From contig JAHLLD010000014.1 of assembly GCA_020444325.1 (NCBI GenBank), forward strand, positions 41,410 to 105,409: DNA of 64,000 nucleotides. The letters are read 5' to 3'. The notes under the pieces were generated by a model, which was not told the DNA's origin, did no database searches, and saw nothing but the letters and a program-made list of their open reading frames with translations. Positions 18,473 to 26,121 of this stretch are shown here, piece by piece. The position numbers and the translations under genes were made by a program. Position 1 is the stretch's first letter. Each line of letters starts with the position of its first letter. Source of the stretch: a bacterium (GTDB taxonomy: Bacteria; Bacteroidota; Ignavibacteria; SZUA-365).

Positions 18473-19960
18473 CTAATCCGGATACAGCACCACTGGCACG
18501 CGTTCGGTGGCGTTGCCGGCGCGGAGGATGAAGAGGGCTTCTTCACCGTCGCGATCAACCTTGCCGCGGAGGTAGATCTTTACGCGGGTGCCTATCTGTG
18601 CGCCGTTGCTGTCGGTGACGGGTTCAAGGATGTAGTCGTCGAGCAGGTCGCGTCCGTACTCGGATTCAACCTCTACGCGGATGCGGTCAGCGGGACGGTA
18701 GTTTCCCTTTATGCAGCTTCCGCATACGAAGGCGTCGAAACGGAATTCCTGCGTGATGGCATACTCCCCTCCGCGTGAAAAGGAAATGTTGCGGATGCGC
18801 GCAGGGGCTTCGAGCACGCTGTAGCGGAAACGGCTGTCACCGAGCGTGTTTTCATCCAGGGCTATGGGATAGGACTTGCCGCGATACTGCGCCTCGAGGG
18901 TGAGGGTTTTCCCTGCCGCACTTTCGTCCAACGGGATTTCCGCCATCCCACCGCGTCCCTCCCCGATCACGGTACCGTCGAGACGGGCACGCCACGAATA
19001 GTCCGACTGCACTTCGAGTCCATCAACCATGATGTTCTTCCGAAACAGTTCACCTGCGAACGCATCGCTGACTGTGGATTTCGACACCGGCCATTTCACA
19101 TCGGCCACGAAGCAGGTCTTCGAGTGGCTGAGCGCTCCCGCCCCGCGCGTATCCACAGCCTGCACTTCCACGTTGTATTTATCCGCTTTTGCAAAGGTGT
19201 GCGTCCATCGCAGGCGCTCGCCTTCCTGCTTCACCTCGCCGAAATTCGCGGCCGCACGCACACGTCGCGCGTCGGTTCCCTGCACTTCGATGTAGCGCTG
19301 GTCCGCATAGCCGGCGGCGGTGACGAGACTGCCACCGTGCAGTTCGAGTTGATCACCCTTGGCAAGGACCTTGACACGGAGTCCCGCTTCGAGATTCTCA
19401 AACTGATCGATGCGCTCCGGCAGATCCGGCACCAGTGAAGCGATGAGTTCGTATGGGAAACTCAGCGACGCGAGCTTTACCTCCCCGGTCGGAAGAATTC
19501 CGATACGATTGATGCTGGATTTCCCCTCGAAGCTGTATTCCCCCGGAGCGGGCGCACGCCAGTTGAACGCGAAGACGCGCTTGCCGTTCTGACTTTCCTC
19601 CGAAACCGGGAGGATGTCACGTCCCAGTTTCAGTGTCTGCACGGCATTTCCGTTTTTCCGCACCACGATCTGCGGGGGTATGGTAACCTGGTCTTCGGGT
19701 CCCATCCCCTGCAGCATGATGACGAAGCGGCGGGTTTCGCCGACTTCCATCTGGTTGCTCCCGTTGAGGGATTGCACGGGAGTGGTTTCCATAAGTTCAA
19801 GCACGATTTTCTGTGTCAGCTCGAGCAGCTGATCGCGTTCCTGTCTCAGCCGCAGCTCAGCATCGTCGCGTTCGACAATGATGATGAGCAGCTCACAGAT
19901 GACGGCGAGATAAAGAAAGAAATACACCTGGTACTTCCTGAAAACATTTTTCTGATCCAT
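18473..19960 (-). CDS. single-pass membrane protein with a large beta-rich extracytoplasmic region (GldM/PorM-like architecture only)
   Basis: The 495-aa product has an N-terminal TM helix (YFFLYLAVICELLIIIV), then a charged helix (ERDDAELRLRQERDQLLELTQK), then about 420 aa of beta-rich sequence. I see no sequence motif tying it to GldM. Confidence 0.7.
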   Translation of the reverse strand: MDQKNVFRKYQVYFFLYLAVICELLIIIVERDDAELRLRQERDQLLELTQKIVLELMETTPVQSLNGSNQMEVGETRRFVIMLQGMGPEDQVTIPPQIVVRKNGNAVQTLKLGRDILPVSEESQNGKRVFAFNWRAPAPGEYSFEGKSSINRIGILPTGEVKLASLSFPYELIASLVPDLPERIDQFENLEAGLRVKVLAKGDQLELHGGSLVTAAGYADQRYIEVQGTDARRVRAAANFGEVKQEGERLRWTHTFAKADKYNVEVQAVDTRGAGALSHSKTCFVADVKWPVSKSTVSDAFAGELFRKNIMVDGLEVQSDYSWRARLDGTVIGEGRGGMAEIPLDESAAGKTLTLEAQYRGKSYPIALDENTLGDSRFRYSVLEAPARIRNISFSRGGEYAITQEFRFDAFVCGSCIKGNYRPADRIRVEVESEYGRDLLDDYILEPVTDSNGAQIGTRVKIYLRGKVDRDGEEALFILRAGNATERVPVVLYPD

Positions 19961-20044
19961 GACAACGCTCCTGCCTCTGATGATTGCACATGCTTCGGGT
20001 CGACGGTTTCATTCGGCGGGTCGACGGTTGCTGCGGTGGTGCGG

Positions 20045-20989
20045 TTAGGAACGTTCGGTGTTTTCAACAGTGGCGACCGTACTCAGGTCGTCGAGTACGT
20101 CATGAATCGCGCGCATGACAAAATCGCGCTCAAGGTACTGGCCGTTCGGCAGCCGCACGGTTTCGGGCAGCGGTTCGGGGACGGACTGTGCTTCGCTGTG
20201 CTCATACCATGTAGAGAGTCCGAGCATGCACAGCACGGTAATCTCGACGATGATGGCCATGATGATCATCTCAGGTTGATGCGGGACCATGAACTTGATG
20301 CCCCGAAAGCCGATGCTCATGATGAGGAAGGCCGTACCCAGAAATGCGATTGCAGTGATGTTGTTGCGGTAAAGTGGGATGAAGGCGTTGCGCATGTACA
20401 TGCGGAAGGCGCGGCGTGCACTGTCCTCGCGCTGCAGCCACTTCTGGGGCTCGGTGCGAAGGTGCTCGCCGTACTCGGGCGCGATGTGGAGGAACTGCAG
20501 GATGCTGCCCAGCAGCGCATGCACTCCCCCACGAAACACCGTGAAGCCAAGAGGAGAAAACAGCACGAGCACGATGATCAGCGATGCGAGTGTGATGGCG
20601 GAGATGAGACGCATGTCGACGATGAATGTGGATTCCCCAATGCGAAAGACGTATTCCGCGTTCCAGAGATTGGCGCTGAGTCCACCCCGCGACTCTTCCA
20701 GCCTCGCGAGTTCCCTGTAGCTCGCCCCGCTGATCGATCGTCCCTCAGCGGCCAGCGTGCTCTGCAACTGCGCGAGAGTGATTGGCGCCTGCGAGGCGTC
20801 GGACATTGTCATAGAAGGATTGGTTGCGGAGGATAGAACAGTCGACGTCGAGGGTGCAGTCGCTGTCGAGGTGTTGGACACGGTGGAGGTATTGGACGCA
20901 GCGGACGGTGAGGAGGCGGAGACGGTCTGCGACTGCGCAGCCATGGTAAATGGCAAGAGCAGCAGCAGCGGGATGATGAAACGGCGCAT
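20045..20989 (-). CDS. polytopic membrane protein with an S/T-rich N-terminal region
   Basis: AGGAGG precedes the ATG. The signal peptide is MRRFIIPLLLLLPFTMAA|Q. A low-complexity S/T tract follows (SASSPSAASNTSTVSNTSTATAPSTSTV). There are three or four TM helices (AITLASLIIVLVLF.., ITAIAFLGTAFLIMSIGF, IIMAIIVEITVLCMLGL). It lies 85 nt upstream of 18473..19960 on the same strand. Confidence 0.7.
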   Translation of the reverse strand: MRRFIIPLLLLLPFTMAAQSQTVSASSPSAASNTSTVSNTSTATAPSTSTVLSSATNPSMTMSDASQAPITLAQLQSTLAAEGRSISGASYRELARLEESRGGLSANLWNAEYVFRIGESTFIVDMRLISAITLASLIIVLVLFSPLGFTVFRGGVHALLGSILQFLHIAPEYGEHLRTEPQKWLQREDSARRAFRMYMRNAFIPLYRNNITAIAFLGTAFLIMSIGFRGIKFMVPHQPEMIIMAIIVEITVLCMLGLSTWYEHSEAQSVPEPLPETVRLPNGQYLERDFVMRAIHDVLDDLSTVATVENTERS

Positions 20990-21204
20990 GATTCCTCCTG
21001 TTGTTTGAGTGTAACGACAAACGCCCCGTGCAACAGGACGGGATTGTCAGCTCAGTACGTAAGGGGGTATCAATGTGTACATCAGTAGAGTGCAATTACC
21101 ATGCCAGCGGGCTTCTCCCTGTTAATTCCCATTTTTCAGGCCGAAAACAAGGCATTTTCGTGAGGATGATTCACGCCTGTGTGAGAAATCCTCCCGCTTC
21201 CCTC

Positions 21205-21229
21205 GGAAATATGCAGAAACTGCATAAGG
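21205..21229. repeat. palindromic intergenic element, copy 3 (GGAAATATGCAG-AAA-CTGCATAAGG)
   Basis: Read directly from the sequence. It is the first of two tandem copies 33 nt apart, in the divergent region between 20045..20989(-) and 21421..22932(+). Confidence 0.85.
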
Positions 21230-21239
21230 CAGCAACGAG

Positions 21240-21260
21240 AAATATGCAGAAACTGCATAT
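21240..21260. repeat. palindromic intergenic element, copy 4 (AAATATGCAG-AAA-CTGCATAT)
   Basis: Read directly from the sequence. It is the second of the tandem pair. Confidence 0.85.
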
Positions 21261-21420
21261 CACATCAGTAGGTGATATCCTGATCTGATTTGCATGTTAC
21301 ATCCATAATAGGGATATTCCCGCGTCTCATTATAACAGCTCTCACAATCCGCACATCCGGGAACAGAAATTCTGCCCCGCGAGGTTGTGCGTTGCGTTGC
21401 TTTCAACTGGAGGAGGAAAC

Positions 21421-22932
21421 ATGGAAGCATTGATTACTATTGTCTCCACGCTGCTGGTCTACAGCCTGCTGACGGAGAAGATCACGAATTTTATTCGGCG
21501 ATGGTCAAGGCCGGGATCGCCTGCTAGAAGGGTGATGAAGTGGTTGCTCGGAAATGATATCTGCGATTTGCTCGTCAAGTGGGGAATCCTGCAAGGAAGT
21601 GCGAAGGCACCAGCCCGCAGTGAATACGATAGGAACAGGGACGAAATCCACGCCGACCCACTCCCTTTCATCATCGGCAGTGCCGTGGCGTATTTCTCCA
21701 ACTTGAGTATCGTCTCACTTCCAGGAATAAATGTCGAAACGCATCGATTCTATTTGGAGTCATTCAATGGACCATTCGAGGGATACTATCTGCTGGGCTG
21801 TATCGCCACGGGTTTCCTTCTCACATTCGGATCCAAGTTTTTCCAGGAACTCCTCGACCTCATGGTCGAGATAAAAATCGAACGTCGCAAGAGAAATCGA
21901 AGCGTAACGAATCCATTCTCCGGCTTGAATGTTCCCCCACCTTCACAGGTGCCGGGTTCCTCACAGGCTTCTTCACTCTCCCAGGCATATTTCTCCACGC
22001 AGGCGCCAGCTTCCTCGCAGGCACCGGGCTCATCGCAGACTCCGGCTTCCACCCAGGCGAAGAAAGGCCAGGCAGCAACACGGAGGGATCAGGTCCATCA
22101 GCACTTTGCCAAACTTGGAATACAACGCGATGACATCCACGCAGTGAATTTCAGGGGAGAGTCCATCGTGATGACTATTCGCGAAGGGGTGAGCATTCCA
22201 CCTGCGGCACATCGTCCCATCGAGCTGGAGGAAGATGCCGAAACCGTGGCGTACTCCATTGTCATCGAGACATCCCCGGGAGTAGCGCAGCTGCATGCAA
22301 GCGCGCATCCCGGGATGAACATTCGAACGAGTGCGCAGCAAGGCAGCGTTGCACTCGTGAGCCGTGATCAAACGGCACCGCTGTTCCTGACCTGCTATCA
22401 CTGTGTGAAACCGTCCGCGGCTCCGTGGGAGGAATATGAAGGACTCCCTCCCCACTCATGGTTCGTGATGGCACCGGATGAAGAAATGCTGGGACGCGTC
22501 AAGTACGGCACGCGAACGCGCACGCTCGACATTGCACTGGTAGAGTGTGATGAGAGCAGCTCTAATCGCCTCACCGGCAGTTCGGCGCATCTGCGGATTC
22601 CTGCCGCATCGGCACCGTTCACGGTGGGACAGTCGCTGCGCTATTACCGCGCCACAGAGCACAACGAACAGAGCTGTGTGGTAACGGCAACGGATTCGGA
22701 ACGTGTCTTCGACTACGACGGTGAAGAAGTGCGCATGGAAGACCTGGTGCAGATTTCCCTGCCAGATGATTCGGGACAGACACCGACTGCAGGTGGAGAT
22801 TCCGGAGGTCCTGTCTACAATGAGAACAACGAGATCGTCGGCATCATACTCGGCGGCATCGCTTCCGTGAGCTACATCATTCCCTTCCAGGGCATTGTGG
22901 ATCACCTCGACGAAAAAGGATACACACTATAG
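21421..22932 (+). CDS. membrane-anchored trypsin-like (chymotrypsin-fold) serine protease
   Basis: The ORF track gives 21385..22932. I prefer ATG 21421, which follows AGGAGG. The N-terminus has three hydrophobic helices (ALITIVSTLLVYSLL, LPFIIGSAVAYFSNLSIVSL, YYLLGCIATGFLLTF). A Q/S/P-rich repeat linker follows (QVPGSSQASSLSQAYFSTQAPASSQAPGSSQTPASTQ). The C-terminal catalytic triad motifs are CYHCV (His), LDIALVE (Asp) and GGDSGGPV (Ser). Confidence 0.8.
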   Translation: MEALITIVSTLLVYSLLTEKITNFIRRWSRPGSPARRVMKWLLGNDICDLLVKWGILQGSAKAPARSEYDRNRDEIHADPLPFIIGSAVAYFSNLSIVSLPGINVETHRFYLESFNGPFEGYYLLGCIATGFLLTFGSKFFQELLDLMVEIKIERRKRNRSVTNPFSGLNVPPPSQVPGSSQASSLSQAYFSTQAPASSQAPGSSQTPASTQAKKGQAATRRDQVHQHFAKLGIQRDDIHAVNFRGESIVMTIREGVSIPPAAHRPIELEEDAETVAYSIVIETSPGVAQLHASAHPGMNIRTSAQQGSVALVSRDQTAPLFLTCYHCVKPSAAPWEEYEGLPPHSWFVMAPDEEMLGRVKYGTRTRTLDIALVECDESSSNRLTGSSAHLRIPAASAPFTVGQSLRYYRATEHNEQSCVVTATDSERVFDYDGEEVRMEDLVQISLPDDSGQTPTAGGDSGGPVYNENNEIVGIILGGIASVSYIIPFQGIVDHLDEKGYTL

Positions 22933-22945
22933 GTTCGGAGTATTC

Positions 22946-24790
22946 ATGCATAGTCTCATTTTTCCTCGCCTTCGGTACGTTTGGGTACCGCTGCTCCTTC
23001 TCTGCCTGGCAGTCATGCCGCTTCGTGCACAGGAACAGCCCCGGAATCTGATCGAGGAGCTGCAAGTTTTGCTTCCGGGAAATGGGACGAGCAGCGAAGT
23101 ACCGGCGGACAATCTTTTTCTGCAGGAAGCGCAATCTCTTCCTCTCACTCCCGATGAACTACAGGCAGCGCAGAATCTGCTCGACAGCTTTTCCACGAAA
23201 ATTGCGGAGACGCACTCAGTGCCCCTCATCTCACAGACTGCGATGATTGACGCGTTGGCTTCAACGATTGCGCGGCGTTTCAAAGAAGAAGTCACCACAC
23301 AGGCGGTGAAGCATCTCAAAGAGCTGCTCAACGATCCTTCGCTGAAACCCCTGCTGGCCCTGCTCCCGGGTACAACGCGTTTCCTGAATACGATGGACGT
23401 TGGCAAGTACAGCTCGTTTCTCGTCTCCCTGCGTGATGCCATCGAGGCGGATCTGCGAAACATGCCGCAGAACCTCGGTCCCTGCCTCGAGATACTTCAT
23501 GAAAGCGTACAGGATCCCGCATTGAAGCAGCGTATCGCCGCATTGCGAACGGTACAGGCATTCGTCGTTGCCCTGCGTGTTGAGCAGGATTATGACTACG
23601 CCCTTGATCAGCTGCTGCAGTCGGAGTGGCTTCCGCGCAGTGGCGAAGGCTTCGCGTCTGCAATGCGCATTATGGGAAGCAGCTGGAAACTGATTTCACA
23701 TCAGGGTGAGTTGCTCAGTATCTCCAAGCTGTATACCTCCAATAATCCCAACGTCAACCTGTACTTCACTCTCAGCACCGTGGGGCTGTGGCTGGAGACA
23801 AATCGTACATCGCTGAAGACATTACATATCGGGGATGCGAATGAGGTGGGTACGACAATGTTCGACGCAATAAATGCAGGGGCGAAGGACATTGACCAGG
23901 CTCGGATGTTCGTTGCCAGGCTGCAGGGCATCGCGCAATCCATCGCTCGGGTCCAGGTCAGCATCAAGAATCTCACGATGACGCTAACCTCGCGGCAACT
24001 GACCACCGAGGATTACCTTCGCATCCTCCAACCACTCGCCGGTGTGGCAATACAATCCCTGGATATGGCGAGCACCTTCAAGGTGGAGCAGCAGGATATC
24101 ATGGCAGCGGCCTCATCCATTGAGGATCTGACCGCGCTCGCAGCAAATGTGCAACAGGGAGAATACGGACTCGCCGTCGCGGAGGCGCTCATCCTTCTGC
24201 GTGACCGCATACCCGATGAGCAAGCGTATCAGAATGTGTATGAAGTCCTGACCTTCGCCGCCAACGCAGCTACCGCGGAAAATGCGGAGCAACTGGCCGA
24301 TGCACTCGATGCCTTCTTCCTCCCTGCCGGTTCCTATCGCATCAAGCGTGAAGCGGAGCTGACCATCGCGGTGAATGCATATGCAGGACCCGCGTACTAC
24401 GGCGAAGAGGGTGAGGATATGTCCTTCGGCTTCTTCTCACCCACCGGTGTGGAGATCAGTTCGGATTGTATTCGGAACTGGAGTGGTGGCGTATTTCAGT
24501 CCATCGGTGTTTTCGCTTCCGCCATAGACCTGGGTCCCGTCGTGAACTACCGGTTGCAGTACCCTGACGGAGATATCCCGGAGCTGAAGTTTTCAGACCT
24601 GCTCTCTCCGGGTGCCTCGCTCATGGTCGGGACACCCTGGTTTGTTTCGATTGGAGCAGGATACCGCTCAGCCCCTTACCTCGAACGCGTATCCGCGACG
24701 GAAACAGCACTCAAGCGCGTCCATAGACGGGAATGGAATATCATGCTCGCAGTGGATATCCCGCTGTTCAACTTTTATGTATCGCGCTAG
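22946..24790 (+). CDS. hypothetical secreted protein, mostly helical, probable operon partner of the protease
   Basis: The ORF track gives 22895..24790. ATG 22946 follows GGAG and gives MHSLIFPRLRYVWVPLLLLCLAVMPLRA|QEQ. It starts 14 nt after the protease stop. No family recognised. Confidence 0.7.
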   Translation: MHSLIFPRLRYVWVPLLLLCLAVMPLRAQEQPRNLIEELQVLLPGNGTSSEVPADNLFLQEAQSLPLTPDELQAAQNLLDSFSTKIAETHSVPLISQTAMIDALASTIARRFKEEVTTQAVKHLKELLNDPSLKPLLALLPGTTRFLNTMDVGKYSSFLVSLRDAIEADLRNMPQNLGPCLEILHESVQDPALKQRIAALRTVQAFVVALRVEQDYDYALDQLLQSEWLPRSGEGFASAMRIMGSSWKLISHQGELLSISKLYTSNNPNVNLYFTLSTVGLWLETNRTSLKTLHIGDANEVGTTMFDAINAGAKDIDQARMFVARLQGIAQSIARVQVSIKNLTMTLTSRQLTTEDYLRILQPLAGVAIQSLDMASTFKVEQQDIMAAASSIEDLTALAANVQQGEYGLAVAEALILLRDRIPDEQAYQNVYEVLTFAANAATAENAEQLADALDAFFLPAGSYRIKREAELTIAVNAYAGPAYYGEEGEDMSFGFFSPTGVEISSDCIRNWSGGVFQSIGVFASAIDLGPVVNYRLQYPDGDIPELKFSDLLSPGASLMVGTPWFVSIGAGYRSAPYLERVSATETALKRVHRREWNIMLAVDIPLFNFYVSR

Positions 24791-24802
24791 CTTCGATTTG
24801 GA

Positions 24803-24820
24803 TTATGCAGAAACTGCATA
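24803..24820. repeat. palindromic intergenic element, copy 5 (TTATGCAG-AAA-CTGCATA)
   Basis: It lies in the 60-nt gap between the convergent stops at 24790(+) and 24851(-). Confidence 0.8.
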
Positions 24821-24850
24821 CTCCCGGGACCGTCGACACTGATGTGGCTC

Positions 24851-25657
24851 TCAACCCCGTGCATCACCCGGCAAGTAATAACCCGTCACTTTGTAATATG
24901 CATCCGAAGTCTTCTTGCCCGGCCAGCCGTCGACTTTGAGGAAAATGCCGGGATAGGTGTTGAGCCAGGCCTGCAGGTCCTTCGCGCGCTGAAGGACAGT
25001 TGCATTGATGGGTTTGCGCTTCGCGAGGGATACGATGAGTGGAGCGTCCGTTGCTACGGGAGCGGGCTGATCCGGAAATTCGATGATGCCATTTTCCGCC
25101 ATGCGGCGAAGCAGTACCGCGGCACCGCATTGCTTTGAAACGGCGGTGTCGGACCACCGGCCGTCGGCTACATACTTCCCGCTTTCGTAGTGATGCGAGA
25201 AACTCCAGAGATACGGGGAAAGGACATGAGGATGGTATTTCCTGTATCCCCAGCCGTTGTAGCGCTCGAGCTGATAGAGCATGCCGCCGAGACTCCAGTC
25301 GGTTGAAGGACCCAGGCGCTTGAAAGACATGGCGTCCGCTGCACTGTCTTCCCAGGTGAAAGGCGGATTCCCCTGCTTTGGCCTGCCCGCAGGGACGTGC
25401 GTCGTTCGCGCCGAAAGTGGATCACCGTTGTGGAGATGACCGGAGAATCGCTGTCCGGCTTCCATGTTGTGGATGACCGCGATGAAATACCACGGGACAC
25501 CGGCACTGCCTGCGGCAGCTTCGTAGCGGGACCGGTTCGATTGCAGCTTCGTAACCAGCCGCTCGACTACTGCGGTCCGCGCCGAGCGGATGCTGCAGGA
25601 ATTAAACAGTGCGACGTACTCATCGCGTAATGCTGATGTAAGTGTGATGCCTGCCAT
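24851..25657 (-). CDS. peptidoglycan-binding-domain protein with a lysozyme/muramidase-like N-terminal domain, no signal peptide
   Basis: The ORF track gives 24851..25693 with a GTG start. ATG 25657 is preceded by AGGAGG. The C-terminus (LQAWLNTYPGIFLKVDGWPGKKTSDAYYKVTG) fits the PG_binding_1 pattern. The N-terminal region (AVIHNMEAG...HLHNGDPL...YQLERYNGWGYR) resembles cell-wall hydrolase-like proteins, but I cannot name the family with confidence. Confidence 0.6.
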   Translation of the reverse strand: MAGITLTSALRDEYVALFNSCSIRSARTAVVERLVTKLQSNRSRYEAAAGSAGVPWYFIAVIHNMEAGQRFSGHLHNGDPLSARTTHVPAGRPKQGNPPFTWEDSAADAMSFKRLGPSTDWSLGGMLYQLERYNGWGYRKYHPHVLSPYLWSFSHHYESGKYVADGRWSDTAVSKQCGAAVLLRRMAENGIIEFPDQPAPVATDAPLIVSLAKRKPINATVLQRAKDLQAWLNTYPGIFLKVDGWPGKKTSDAYYKVTGYYLPGDARG

Positions 25658-25909
25658 AACGCGTACTTCCTCCTTTTCGCTTGCTGCGTTCACATCGTTC
25701 CAAGGGAACTCGCCTGACTCGGATTCCGATCGGTAAACTGGCCGGCGTTGCAGTACGCTGGTACTGAAATGCCGAGATCAAGATTGTTCGGGGGCTTACG
25801 GGGACAACAATAGACAAACTTCGACAGGATGTCAAGCATGGTCGCAAATGCGTCAAAAAAACATTCCAGGCGATGCTGAATGCTGCGTTTTCCATCATGC
25901 GGCGGCTCC

Positions 25910-25930
25910 AATATGCAGAAACTGCACAAT
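25910..25930. repeat. palindromic intergenic element, copy 6 (AATATGCAG-AAA-CTGCACAAT; one arm mismatch)
   Basis: It lies in the divergent region between 24851..25657(-) and 26122..28839(+). Confidence 0.8.
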
Positions 25931-26121
25931 GCATCGGGCCCGGACTATTGACAACCTCGATTCCAACTATTACATTTCCGACATCTAGCCTCATCATTCT
26001 CTAAATAGCCCTCAAGGTGCGGTGCTACACCGCGTCCTGCGTAGGGTACATCTGCAACCATACCGCGTCCCGGAACGGTGACAGTACGGTTGTCATACTC
26101 TCCCAGTGCAGAGCGACCAAG

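Noticed and set aside
20045-20989. Calling this membrane protein GldL or a MotA/ExbB-type stator.
   Set aside because: The length, the signal peptide, the S/T-rich tract and the helix sequences do not resemble GldL (two N-terminal helices plus a cytoplasmic coiled coil) or the MotA/ExbB signature. Only the gene order suggested the idea.
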